This document shows, piece after piece, positions 46,001 to 61,000 of a stretch of DNA of 64,000 bases; position 1 is the stretch's first letter, and every line of letters starts with the position of its first letter. The notes below the pieces were generated by a model. The model was given only the letters and a program-made list of their open reading frames with translations, searched no databases and was not told the DNA's origin. The translations under genes and the position numbers were made by a program. Source of the DNA: Trichoplax sp. H2 (Eukaryota); contig NOWV01000011.1 in assembly GCA_003344405.1 (NCBI GenBank), forward strand, positions 496,001-560,000. Direction: 5' to 3'.

Positions 46001-49000
46001 ATAAATATGAGGAAGTAGTCAATCGCGTATCGTAGCTACAATGAATGATGAAAATTATTTTTCCAGATGACTGTGGTAGGAGAACGCATGTATGACGACG
46101 CTTATACAATTCAAAAAGTAAGAGAAACTGCTATTTTACTGCAACAATTCCAGGATAGATTTAGCTCGATTATTATATACTGAGCTTTGCGTACATATAG
46201 CAGATCTTTACAAATTCTATGTTATCCACGCTATGTAGGTGGAAGATGAATTTCTAGCAGATTTTAATTATATGGCCGGAATGGTTGCCAGTATTCAGAA
46301 ATTTATACGTAACGTATGTTCAATAAAATTGAGTAATATTGGATAGAACGGGATAGCTTTTGTGCTACCTCTAGTATATTTTACATCCAAAGTAATATGA
46401 TGTATTGACTGCTAATTCGATATTCAGTAGCTCTGATAGTAATGAAAATAAATGATTTAATATTGGATCAAATATACATTAACTTTGAGCTGTCTTACAA
46501 TATATTAACAGCGTGGCAATAATGTCCAGTTAAGGCATTCATCAACATCAAAATTTGTTTCGGTAAGCACTAAAATTGAATAAGATGTTAATGCTACTTT
46601 ACCTACAGGTAGTGATTCTAATTTGACTTTATCACCTTCTACCTTTTGCACAGACTTTAAAAGAAATTAGTGACTTCATGATCGTTAACGGTGAACCATG
46701 TAAGCATCGCCAGAAGCTAATGAGAAATTTAAAGGTAAATAGAACAAATATACCTTCGTTCGATATATGGTTTTGTTTACGTTTAAGTGATTCTATAGCA
46801 GCTAATTATTCTAGATGATGTTAACACAAATTGAGAAGTTTAATAGACTGTTATTTAGCTTCTATAGCTAAAGTTATTTCAATATACATGATGTTATCAT
46901 TTCTATTATTGGATTATTGTTTAGATCATTGAATTAATTGTGCAAATTTTGGAACCATCGGATAATGATAAGTTAGTATATCATCTATTTTCTGATTACG
47001 GTTAAATAGAACTAAGATAGGGATTATAATAGTATGACCATCTGTTTCTCATCCTTATGCTAATTTCCTCATATTGCCCATAGATTTATTCAATCAATCT
47101 ATTGTGAATGCTATAAACTGTTGAATACCTATGTTATGGGAGATAGCAGGTATGAGATAGTATTGATTGATGATCAATTTGAGACTTGTTCCGCCCTTGA
47201 ATAAAGTCTAATATACATGGAATTTACAGGCGATGAATAAGACTAATAATTATAATCGCTTTGACATATTTCCAATCAATCTTTTACATATGTAATAGCT
47301 TAGGAATAATATTTAAGAATACGAGATGCATAATATCTTAGCATCGTGGTATAAATAGCTCAAAAGACTAATGATAGATTATTTATACAATAATCAACAG
47401 TAAAAGTGGAATATACTACGGGTTGTCTTTAACTTGATTGAATATACGCGTATTAGCAATATTATCCAAAATACACAAGATAGAATGCAAACGATTATAT
47501 GCCGTCATGAAGGAGACTCAATACAGATTTCGGCAGTGCACAAAACCTATACCATTAATGATAGGACCAGTAATCTAGAATCAATTCTATGCATGATCAT
47601 GATTTCATATTGAGTATGTTGGAGAGTTTAATTAATAATTCATTTATCCATTGAACAGGAAAAATGAACTTTACATTGCTAGACATATTGATTTCTTTCA
47701 AACAAGAATCGGATTAAACGTGAGTTTTATCCCTCTATCAAACAATTATTCAGAATATATCGATCATATTAATATTTCTATCCTATATCCTATATCAAAT
47801 ATTGTCGAGCTTTCATTTAATATCCATTATCTTGCCAATATTAGAATAAAATTGCTTTAACTGCTGCCGAGATGACAACTGAACTTATTCGAGATAACAG
47901 GTTAGCTATACTAAAAATAATCACTTTTATGCTGCATCCTGGCAAATTCTATACTTGATATACTCCTGAAACTAGATAGAACTTTATGAAAAAGGTTCAT
48001 GACTCAGTTACAGTATTGCCAAGTTTTATACTAATATATTTTCAACCTTTCCTTTCGTCCATAGGAAAATTATTGATCGCATTGGTCATAAATATATCGA
48101 TCAATTTATTGCTTTACTAACCAGCAATAAGGTATTATAAGGATAGTAATTTTTATTAGAGAATTAAAATTATACTATGTTATCTGTCAAACACATTCAC
48201 TGCAAATCTGGCTATCACTTTTGATAGAATTTGTTCAATATCGAGTCCAAAAGAGTTTTCATTACAGGTTTTAAATTTGATATCCTGCCCTTACTACCGT
48301 TCTGATTTCTATTTTATAGTACTATCAATATCTGGATTTATTGAATGTTCTCTGTGTTTGTAATGGTCGAGCAATACCTAACAATCAAAGTTAGTCTAGA
48401 CATTAAAATAGAATTATGCTGAAGTAATTAGTAGATTTAGAAAGAGTACATTAATTGAAGTTGCCAATTCTACTTTGCAGCTTACATCACTGAAACTTTA
48501 TTGAAAAGTGGCAAAGGAGAAAGGGTAGGTAACTGTAAATTATCCTTCGTGCTCTTAACATAAGACTATAAAATTTTTTAGTGAGATGTAAGAAAAATTT
48601 CAGGATACATTATTTACGATAAATTGATTTTGAGAGTGGACGTATTCTTCATTTGGGCAATGATACAGTGATAATATTGGACAATTCGCAACTTAGGATT
48701 ACCTCTTTATCTTTCAGAATGTTGTTTACTTGACCGAGTTAGGCCAACGTGTTAACTTGAATAAAGATATCGTTTATGTGTCGACATCGTTAGGCAGAAA
48801 TTGGGTTCCACTTCATCGTTTTATACAAGTATTAAAGCTTTCATAATTGCATTTCAATATGTTACTTCACGATGCTTATCAGTAGTTACTTTTTTATTCA
48901 ATGCAATAGAGTGAACGCGATCCAGAATTCCTATTCCTTGATCATCAACTTGATTTATTTAATAAGCTCTGTTGGGTAAATGACTATTGAATAAGCTGCT

Positions 49001-52000
49001 ACGATAAGGCTATTGATTAATCACCAAATTCGACATGAAACAACGATTACATTTTGTAAAATCTTGATATCATTCCCTTTCTCTTTCAGGGTCGCAATGA
49101 GTTTGCTATTAAAACCATCACTCAGGTATAGTTTCCATTCCTTGCTACAGGGCTCCTAATTTTAACGACCTTATGATATAATGATCATGAGCAAGATAAA
49201 TATTCGTATACTGCGACCATGGCTTAGAAGTCATACAAATTTACTCTTAAATATTCTAGGATCTCGAATATTTAACATGGCAGGAAGCATTTATATGTCT
49301 TAGAAATGAAGATCTGCCAGATCGATTACGTGCTCGATATTGCGATCTGATAACAGGTAAAGGATTATTTCCAATTTTTTAGAACTAGCTTGGAAGAGTT
49401 TCGTCATATATTACAATTATTTCAATGGAATAAGAGATGAAAACTTTTATTCGTTATACTTAAGAGTTGATTAAAATAATTTTCTAGGAATGTTTATCAA
49501 TATACCTGGCAATCATTCAGTTCTTGATGAGCTACAGTTATCATTTGTAGGTCTATCTATTAATATTCTGTAATAGAAGAGTACTTATCTTACTAATGAT
49601 CGATAAATTTTATTGAAATGGTTATAGATTTATAGTGACTTGGTCAAGGATCGGAATGGAAAGAAAAAGGTACCATTAAATTAATAAGAATTTATCTTGT
49701 GTATCTATCATGTTGAAGATATTATACGATCATGGTTACATTTAATGTGGTTCATTAATTCAAGAAGTCCTTTCTGTACATTCATAGCTCTGTATACAGT
49801 ATTTTATAAGTTAGCAAATATTTTGATCGCCAGGCTAACATTTTTTACTCATAACAGATTCAAAATGTTCCATTATCCTTCATGTCTGAGCTAAAGCAAT
49901 GGATTGCTTCGTTCTTAGATGCTAATAAGGTTAGAGAATAGGCTACCCTGGAATTGAACTTGAAATTAAGATAAAATTGTCTACAAAATAGGAATATTTA
50001 TGCTTAGTATACTTGTAAATATTAATGTAATAGCTACCGTACTACGCTAGAGAATAGGGCATTGAACATGAAAATTTGATAAAATTGAGATCAAAATAGG
50101 AATAGTAATGCTTAATATACTTGTAAAATATTAACGTAGTATAATAGTAGCTAGATTAGATAATACGATATTTAAACGAAATTATGATAAAATTGATGTC
50201 AAAATAGGAATATACATATTTAATACACTTATAAAATGTTAATATAATGGCTGCAAGAAACTTATGGTATTCCAAGATTGATTCGATTTCAAGATTAGTT
50301 AAATAGAATATTAGATATACAGTAAAGGCTATAAATAGATCAATCGTATCCCAAATATGTTAAGTTTCAGCATATAAATGGAACAATTGTATATCTGTCT
50401 TGATTATTAGAAGTAGTTTTTATCATGTTTAAATGATTGTAATATAGGATTCAAGAGTAGAAATTGAGTACATTATCGTTTCTAAATTTCTCAGGCAGCG
50501 ATATTACCAAAATTATAATAATTATCTGACAGTGGTTAAATTAATAGCTGAGTTTACATCAGCTATAATTTAAGAGCCGTATAGTTTAAAATTATATCCT
50601 AGAAATGAAATTCAAAAGATAATTGTTTCCGAGAGTCATTCTATATCGCGTTTGAATTTTATAATTTAGGATATGACTGCTTCGTTAATTGGACATAATA
50701 TGCTGATCGAGCAAGTACGTACTCAAAATTAATGGAATCATTCAATTTAATAAAGGATAGTAAAGCCACTACTACCATTTAAGATTGCTGATGACTTGAT
50801 ATTTAATCTATGTATATTCTATGGTCACTACATGATTAGGTTTTAAGATTAGTCCAAAATCTAGTGAGATTTGGATATTATGAAGATCTAACAGATATGG
50901 AAAAGCTAATACCGCCATTGTTATCCTTGCTGGATGGTCGCAATGATAAGCCTGTTCCGTTTTATACCTGTAAGAGACCGAAATAATTTTCTTCTCGTGA
51001 CTTATTCTAAGCTTCCCGTTACATTATAAATTATATCAGTGTATAGAGAATTATCCGATGTCTGATATTAAATTATAAGTTATTTCTTACCTATAATCAC
51101 TTTAGCATTAAATTCTGACGAGACTGAGCAATTATTACGCCAATATCGTGAAGTCGATCGATTTAAAGAAAGTGCTGAGACGAAAGCTGTGGTAGACGCT
51201 AAATACCAGTAAGAAAATTAATTTTATTTGTTAAATTGAATTCATAAAATAAATGCCTTAGAAACGCAGCGATGAGACTGATTTGACAATGATCCTATTC
51301 TAAACTATTATTTTATTCTGCAAACTAAAGGGCTATGGAAGCTGTAGATTTGCTGTTTAATTTTCGATTTAATAAACGTTTAGAGGTATAAATATTTTGG
51401 AACGGATCTATTATCCTATTATGGCAGCATACCTTAAAATTTTATTCTACATTTCACATATACTGTAGCAGCTGATCGGTTATTGAATTTCTGTTTTCAT
51501 TCATGTGTAGCTCTTTATAAATGAATTCAAGCACATTTATGAAACTAGCGATGATCTCTATTTTATTACAAATGAGAACTTTAGTTTAGAGGGCAACAGA
51601 AGGTAAGTTTAACCTTTTAATTTACATTTTCATATGAAAATAGCCATTAAAAGTAATTTTAAAAGCATGCAAGGATTCGTCGATAGGATAATGAATCTAA
51701 ATCATTTTGTCATAGCCTTTGTAAGAAAGCTCGAGAAAGGCTTAATGAAATATTTGAAGCAGCCCAATATTTCGATACAGAAAGTCTACGCGATATATTT
51801 TTGGTAAGATATCTTAGATTTGGTTTCGACCAAGATAGTATAAGGCTATTTTATCCGGACCTTAGCATCAAATTTGCATTATCGATCCTGATGAAATTTC
51901 AATTACATCAATAATGGCAGGATCTATCCAAATATGAATATAATCAAATGGTGGTAAAATCCATGCACTTATTACATCGTCTATATTCTACAAACTATAC

Positions 52001-55000
52001 ACTATTCGATCGTGCTGTTCAAGCCCAGGTAAGATAACTTTGGGAATGGTGTTCCATTTTATGGCGCTTCTAGAGAGTAGTGTTTAGGTTATATCGCTGT
52101 TCTTCCGATATCGTAGGTTTTAATCAAAGATTCATCATGTGAAGTTTTTCGCCATGCTCAGAAAGCGGTGCCAGTTATCCGTCGAATTCTTGCAACCAAT
52201 ATGAATAACGATCAAGCAACAACATTGGGTGAAATACTCGACACTTTTACAGGGTTAGAATGAAAAATCCTTTATAAATTTACCCAGTTCAATTTGTTGC
52301 GCTTCATTTTTCTTATGGTATCTTTAAGGATTAATTTTCTGTTTGATTATTTAAATTTGCTTGATTTTGATCTTGTAGCTTTTGCTCACTGGAAAACGAT
52401 CCTACCGAAAGGCATTCGATGAATCAAACTATTCTGTACAATTTTGGTACGTTCAATAATTTTTCTTATCCTCTAGCTTGCTTACAACCTCTGCACAGTA
52501 AAATTCAGTTGGATTAACGAATTTGATTACACTTCGAGCTTGTTGTAAGGCAGCCTTATAAATAAAGATTCCATCGGATTTTTACTTTCTCTTACAATAA
52601 TTAGAATTAGTTTAAGCTAAATTTATTTGGTTTTCACATTGAGCTAGACTAAGAGAAGAGTTTTTACTTGCTTTTGCATTGATTTAAGCTAGTCCTAGCT
52701 AGATATACCGTAAAATTCGATTGAAGTTGCACTTTCTTTGACTTTAGTTTGACTTTGAGCTGATTCTGGAATCAGTTTACAGTTAATTGAAATGGATTGA
52801 TAGCTTCTTTAACTTTATTTTAATCACAGCAGTTGCTAAAGTTATCGTAGTTTCTTAGCTATATAGCTATGTTGTAGTCTTATATGGTCATTTTTTCTCT
52901 AGCTACCCTATCAGATATTTTCATTACTCAAACTTCTTTTTACCTGCAGCAGCCTCTAACGTTGCCGTAGATTCTTAGTTGCTTTGTAAGCTCACATGGT
53001 TATTTTTTTTTCTAGGTATTCTATCAGACATTTTCGATATTTTGGGGCAAGAATTTGATGCAAAGTTGGCGGTAAGACAATTGAATAATTTCCCAATATA
53101 AACAATATGGCTGATAGTAATAAATACAGACCATCATTTCTTATTCGCTTTGATCAATACTACTACAGGATCAATATAAGGGAGTTCAGATGATATTTCA
53201 AAAAAGTTTCAGTCTATTACAAGCTTTGTCTAGGTAAGTTCGTGATTTATTCTTTCATTTACCGCATTCACGGTTAGTAGTAAAACTTTTTGAGGCCTAA
53301 CTAAAGTGAATACTGTTTCTTTTTGCTGGCTCTCAATATTAAATGACTAGTCTGAGATAAAAATGAGAAATAATTGCTTAATTTTCTACCTTAATCAGGC
53401 CAATCTCTACCGTTAATTTAGTGTATTCCAAAATATTTTCTAGGATTAAATGTATTTCATGCCATTCATTTAACGTTAATATGTATTCCATATGAAATTA
53501 AAGGGGCAATAAAACGATCCAAGATCGCGTCTATAAGCGATTAAATTCGCTGCTGAGAGTAAAAGGAGCTGTATCTAGCATGGCATTAGCTCTAACTGAG
53601 ATTTTTACTGGTAATAAAGATACTTGCTTGAAAATTCGAGCTTCAGAAGTGTATGCAATCATGAAATTAGTTGCCGAATATAAGGAAGAAGCGCCGGAAT
53701 TGATCGACTTATTAAATGCTATCGTTAAGGTAATGCTACAATAGCTGCATCCAGTTAGAGAAGTTCTATTTTCGTCTTCGGTACGTTAAAATGTACTACT
53801 AAGTATGATCACTAATATAAATTTCCTTACCTTTTGCACGCCTATCGGTAAACTAGGTCGAAGAATTAGATTTGCCTATTAAGCGCAACCAAGGTTTAGT
53901 TATGAAATATTTTATGGAATATCGAGATCGAATTGCGGAAATTATCGATAATGTCGATAAAAGGTGCTTGCAAAGGATTGATTTCATGACCTAATCATTA
54001 CTAAAGTACTTATTCAAGATAAATAGAGTGAGAATGTTCTATCTTATACCTTTTAATGAGTAATTTAATTTTTTTGAACGATATCATACAGGAAAGCGTT
54101 ATGCAATGATCAGGACAAGTCCAGTAAACTGCATCAATATTGCTACAGTCTGATTAATTTATTAGCCACATGTGCAGAGGTATGCTACCAATAACCTATC
54201 CAATCTAATCCACTTTAGAAGTTAAATGAAGAGTTGATATAGAACTTCTATGTCAATATTGTTCTCTACTATATGAATAATTCTGGTAATCTGTCCTTAG
54301 AGTTAATTAAAATAGATTAAATTTTCTAGGATTTGAAATTGATGTACAGATTAATTTTAACCTTATCAATAGCTATCAGTTATGCCATAGTTTATGAAAT
54401 TTTATTTATTTAATTTCTAATTTTCAGTTGTAATATAGTTTATAAAATAATTTCATTACTTTATTCTATGTCAAATTATCCAATTAATCAGAATTAATAT
54501 TGATACGTAGATAAACAGATTAGTTTTTAATATCATATGTCGTTAATAAGTATCTTACGCTACTTTGGTACTTTATAATATGAAGCTTGTAATTAGAACT
54601 CTCCCAATTCTTGACAGAGCGGATAATAATAGCTAATTCTGATGTAGAGATTAATTTTAGTTTGTATAAGATACAGTAAAAGCCCGATAAGTGCGACACT
54701 TTTGGTTTGTAATTAACTTTATGAAATTATTTCATAGGGAGAAAACAGATTTATTGAATCGATTTGCCAAACTATTTTGCCCATTGAAGACATCGTAGAG
54801 GTTTGTATAGACGTTATTTTCCATTGGATAGTGATAAATAAATATCACTAGCGATATAATACTTTGGCTGATAAGTATGAAACTTGATTCGTGGATTCTT
54901 TCTTAGGTTTTAAATCATCCAGGAGTTGATGATGATATGAAAAATGCCTACTGTCGCTTTTTCCTTTGGGTCTACTTAAATACAGCTGGAGGAATGTATG

Positions 55001-58000
55001 AATCTGGTGCAGCTGATCTAAACCATGATGAGTATGTTCATCTTAGCTTATTATTTTCATGATAGTATACAGAACTGGTCAAAATATTGGGTTCATTGCT
55101 ATTTTAGTTCCTAATATCGATATATTCCTGTTGAAGTTACTTAATTTTCAATTTTTTCTTCTTTACCGTAGTAAAATGTGGATATTTATCTCGAACATTT
55201 GCTCATCTATTGGAGCTTTTAACGACTTTGCAAAACTTAACCCTAATAAACTCAAGGATATCTTTAAGAAAAATATCGGCAGTATGGGGTAAATATTCTG
55301 GAATGATCGTGACTTTATTATCACTTTGCAACATACTAATTGATTGCTAATTTTTCATCTAAAATAATTAGGTACGAAATGGGGAAATATCGTAGTATGA
55401 AGAATTATCTATTAGAGGGTGTTATACCGCTATTACAGGTGAGATTCAGATAAACCATTCCTTTACTGTAAATTTCTAATTGCAATACGGATCCTATCTG
55501 TGGCTGCTTGTTAGATTGAGGTGGCTGAAGATTATCTAAACAGTTAGTAATTTTCGCATTTAGTGGTCTAACTATCCTACCGCAATGATCGAGCTTGATC
55601 TTCCTGTAGAGATGCAGAAATGATATAAATACGGTTCAGTATTAGCCGCTGCATCGGGCTAATCTGGTTGTCGATATAGAGTACCTATAAGATTAAACTG
55701 AGAGATTTGATTTATAGTTTAAAAAACAGTTCTCACTACTGATATGATGAAGATACAGTTTCAATTTATGCCATGTTTTAGAATATGAGTAGATCTATCT
55801 ATAGCCGTACTGGAGCGATTAAATCATCCACGAGCTAGATTTATGCCTTGACAAAATATACAGGCTGCTTTGATCGTTTATGAGTCTATATCCAAGCAGT
55901 GATTGAGCTTGGATACAGACTCATAAACGATCAAATCTCTAAGTTACTTCATTTGCTCTAGTAATTTATCTAGTATCAATTTTAGCTTGCGTTATTTCAA
56001 CTTTAGGCATTCTTCAAGCGTGTCTATATCGTAGAATCGGAAAGAGTTGATATGGAACAGAAACATATTGATGCTCTTGGCCAAAATTTAGTGGTTAGTA
56101 CTTACTCTTGAACTATCGCTAGTTTACATGAACGCGACGTTAAAAATTGTGTTCTCCTCGTAATTATAATTAGCTATTAGTTACCCTATAAGCAGGCGAT
56201 AATCTTTTCCCCTTGTAACGATGGTATTTTCAAAATTATGTTGAGTAGACCTTTTGTGGGCTAGTAGCTGAACATTTAACCAGCTCTTCCAATTTAAATG
56301 CCATGATCAACTGTACGACGACAGTTTTACCATTAACAACTTTACCTGTAACCATTTTGAGTGATTTTCAAGATCGTTTTTCCAACCAAAAGTCAGTGAT
56401 GATTGAAAATCCAGCTGTTAAAGTGAGTTAAATCAAGTTGCAAAATATCCTACCGTTACAAAAGTAAATAACGTCGGCATTATCTACCGCTAGGCGTATA
56501 ACGAGTATTATAAAGAAGAATCCCATTTAAATGTCATCTTGAATATCTTTGCCGTGAATTTTAAGCGAATTTACCAAGGCGAAAATACCGTCGAAGCGCA
56601 AACTGGATTTAATAGTTCCGAACGTAAGTTGCCAATAGAACTGTTTGTAGCGGTGATTTTACTCAGTGCTAAAATCTTACTCCACGTATTCGCTTAGAAA
56701 GATCCCATGTATATTCTATGCCTTTATTTTATCCCTAAGCATATTATATATTATTATTGCTTTTAAATTACTGCAGAAAACACACGTATTTACTTATGAA
56801 ATTCCAATCTACATTCTATATCTTTACTACATCCCTAAACATTGCTATTAAACTACAGTAGAATATTCCCGTATTTACTTATATTTAATCCAAATTCTAT
56901 GCCTTTACTTAATTCCTAAACATTGCTTATGACTTATTACAGAACACGTCCGTATTTATTTATAAAGATCCAATTCTAAATTCTTTGTCTTTATTTTATT
57001 CCTAAACTTTTCTATTGCTTTCAAATTATTGCAGAGTATACGCGTATTTACTTATTCCGATTAAGACACAATCTAAATTCTATGCCTTTATTTCATTCCT
57101 AAACTTTGCTATTTCCTTTCAATGATCGCAGAATACGTTGAAGAAGGTAGCGATGACGAGTTGCCTTTAGGGGAAGAATTTCAGCTATTTACCCGATGTT
57201 TTGCTAGGTTAGACTATTTTCTACGACATTTACTCAGTTGAATATTTGGCATTTTAGCCAGATCATTACCTTAATCGAACTCTATTTGATCGATATAATA
57301 CCTGAATTGTTATCATGACCTCAATTCTTTTACAGAGAGTCTCCGACGGGAGTAATTTTCACTAATGCTGAAAAATTAGTCAAGCTTTTAGAGTAAGGGA
57401 TTTCAATTCGTTTCCATCATTGAAATTGCTACCCTATAGAGTATTATTCTACTGCAAGGTTGCCAAATCACTTTCAACCAGTACCTAATGACTAGGGCAA
57501 TTTTTATAATTATTGTATAGAATTTCATCATCAATGACTCGTTTAAGTGAAAAAGAACGAATACGACAGGAATCATTAGATGTTAAATGTTTAATGGTAA
57601 AATACTTCATCTATCGACTTTGCAATCATACTTGAGCTTTCGACTGCTTTCTACGATATCTAGAAAATGATTAATCCTTGATTTTGATGTTAATAATCCT
57701 ATTCAAGACTTTACGTGCTATTATATATAATCAAGTTATTAAATTACCGCCTGATTGGGAAGAAAAACCAAATGAATGGGAAAGGTAAGTTGGAATATTG
57801 CCGAGGTAGTATATTGATCTATCCGACCTCAATATCCAAATTCTATTTGATTATTTAGCCTACTGCAAATCATTGAAAATACACAAAATACTCTAATTAG
57901 TTACGGAACGATGATTAAGGTAAGCCCATCGATGGCATTGAAATATCCTTGAATACTATCATAAAACGAAATATCAGTCGAGAAAGGTTTTCTTATACGC

Positions 58001-61000
58001 ATATCTACTCTCAAATTGGCATCCTATTTAGGTCTTACCTTTACTCTCCCGACGAAGTGATGACATCATTCGAGAATTACTATCATTTTTAGCTGCTATG
58101 CTCCTTGAGGGTAATAGTATGGCTCAAGCAAGTCTAGCGCAGTATTTTCTTGGCACTAGAGAAGAAAGTTTCTTTTTCGCTATTAAAGGACGTATGAATA
58201 TGTCGATGGTTGCTACTAAAGAAAAGTAAGAGCAAATTCTAGCGATTAATTCGTTCAATATGGTAATCTTGTTGGGAAGAATTCAAATAGCATAAATTGG
58301 TCTATACATTAAGTTAACTTAGACGTTTTGAAAATGATTATATATTATAACTAACGTTAGCCTATAGGAATATTTCCAGAGATGTATTATAACCAATTTT
58401 AGGGCATAACTTAAAATAGTCCTACTGTAGTAATGATATCAAAATATGAGCAGCTAATTTAAAGATGCCGTAGTCGGTATAAAGTTTCCATTGCTTTGGA
58501 TATTGCTAATATGCCTTAAGGAGAAAAGACTAAAGCTCAACTCTATCTATCTTAGGCGAGTTTTATTAGCTCAGCATAAAGCAAAAATGGACGAAAAAAT
58601 TCAGCAAGCTAAAAGCTTATCGAAAGCTGTCACAGCTGGTAAATCTGGAGGCAAGGTAAAGAGGACATTGGTGATAGTAGTTACTCTTTTATTTTCCTAT
58701 TTTCTATTAGTCAATGTATTCACTAACTCTGAACACTTCTCTACCGATGAATCCCTTGGCAATGATCTTGTATTTACTCGTCTTTACTTTATTCATCAGA
58801 AATTGGTGGAAGGAATGACGCATGGTAAGCGTAAATCCAACGCCGTTGCTCCTTTGGCAAGAGTTATGAAATCAAGAAGCGAGAGTGAAGTATGTCGATT
58901 AATATAAGTAATATTGGTTACAATTTAGAGTAGAATTACATCTAATTATCATTTGAGATTATTATAGCAAATCTGTCCAACTTAATGATGAACATTTCTT
59001 CACAGTCGCCATTGGATCAAGACGATAATGATGAAATCCCACACGTTAAGATCATGAAAAATGGAGAAAAACAAGTGAGTTAAAGTCTAATCAACGATTG
59101 CACGGACGATAGGCTGAATAGCTTGTTGTAATTTCGATAGCTTTCTACTAGGAATAAATTTGATATCTAATTCTGGAACTAAATCTAAATTATTACAGAA
59201 ATTAATATCTCAAAATTCGATATCACGATTCAGCCTGCCAATGGAGTCTGAAATCGAGGTATAGTAGAACAATTCCTGAATATGAATCCGTTTTACCAGC
59301 ATCCACGATAAACTTTAATAGAACGCTAATAGTTGTAAAATTTTATCCATAGATGAAGAGCGTTGCTCAAGAATCTATCGAAGAGCAATCAGAAAATGCC
59401 ATACTCAATCTTTATAAGGATGATGGCTATATAGAATTAGTTTTACGAGTATTAGCATCGATGTGTGACGGGCAAAATACTACATTACAGGTGAAAAAAT
59501 GTAATATCCATTTTTCCGTCAATATCCATTGACTTCTAACTTTGGTGTTATTTTACAACTCTGTTTCTATAGAATTATCTTCGAGAGCAGCTGGACAACA
59601 TTAAATCCGTCAATTTAGTTGCTGAAACAGCGAAATACTTACATATGCTCTACGATAACATCAACTCTAACAATATATCACTGACAACGCAAATCTTTGT
59701 TACATTAATAGAATATTCAGCGGTAAATAAACTGTTCCTTATTGAGCTAGATAGAAGTGAAAATGGCTGTAATAACTGCTGTTCTTGTTCGAGAAAATTG
59801 CAATTAGTGAATCCTTTACCTTATCATACTTTCATTTATCCATCGTTAACCTCATGCAATAACGAATTTTCTTGCATTATAGGGCTGCTTTGAAAATCAT
59901 CCGGTTATTTATGATAGCAAAATAATTGATTGTATCAATTTCATTTTACGCGAATCATCATTTCATGGCTGCTCTGAAGAAGAAGTAAGCTAACTGAAGG
60001 GATTCTAGGGCTAAGAGATTAATTATTGATTTAAAGAGTATTTCATTAACAGATCTCAAAGCATGAGAGCATCAGTATAATTTGGAAATTATTACGAATT
60101 AATCTAGAATTATTTATATATCGCGGATAATCCCGCTAGCACGGATAGCGTTTACTTATGGACTTGTACTTGCGTTTGCATTTAGATTTATACTCTGAAG
60201 CAAGCTATTGTAAAGCTAGTAGCTTGCCTGATTGAAGATAACTGTAAGCAGTCCTTAATGATTGCAAGAGTAAGTAGAATGAGGGGTGGAATTGATTATG
60301 TTCTACCTTTCTTTGTGCTAGCGATGCCATAGAGATCGTTAATGCTTTGATGCATATGCTTGTTTAGGAAATTAAAGAGACGATTGATGTAAATGCTGTT
60401 CTCGATGTAGCTACAGATTGCTATAGAAGACAGGTAATGATTAAGAAATTCGATCCTTCTTAAATGCCTTATCGCCAGCCAATTCACAGACTTTTTTATT
60501 TTCATTTTAGCAAATGGCACAAGGGAAATTTAAAGATCTAGTCGTTGATGTTGGCTTTGGTTATTTTCACATCCTTATGCGTTTACGTGATTTGGATGAA
60601 AATAAAGTAAACTTAGAAAGTAAGGCTGGAATAACTTGTTTGCTGCTCGTCGATGAAAGTCTAGGCCTAGTTACTCATTTATTTTTTTCCTTACTTGATA
60701 TTGATAGCTATTATTGGTTGTGATTCATCTGTGCTACTCGACAAGACCAAAGAAAGAGAAAAAGGTCAGCATAGGAGAGAGAGAATGATGCTCTGATATC
60801 AATGATCAAGAGTTATATTTCATTACCGTATAATCTAAAGCCCTTAAAAACCATTTGCAATTTCTAATGCTACAAGTTTCTCAACGTTCCTTTTAAAATT
60901 ATGATAGATGAGAAATTTATTCGATGGAAAGCCATGGAATATTATCAATACAATTCATTATCTATTGAAATTTTACGTGAAGGAATCTTACAGAAAGTTC

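Noticed and set aside
56685-57140. CRISPR-like repeat/spacer appearance
   Set aside because: Eukaryotic intron; the whole unit is a degenerate duplicate with no unique spacers, and there are no cas genes.
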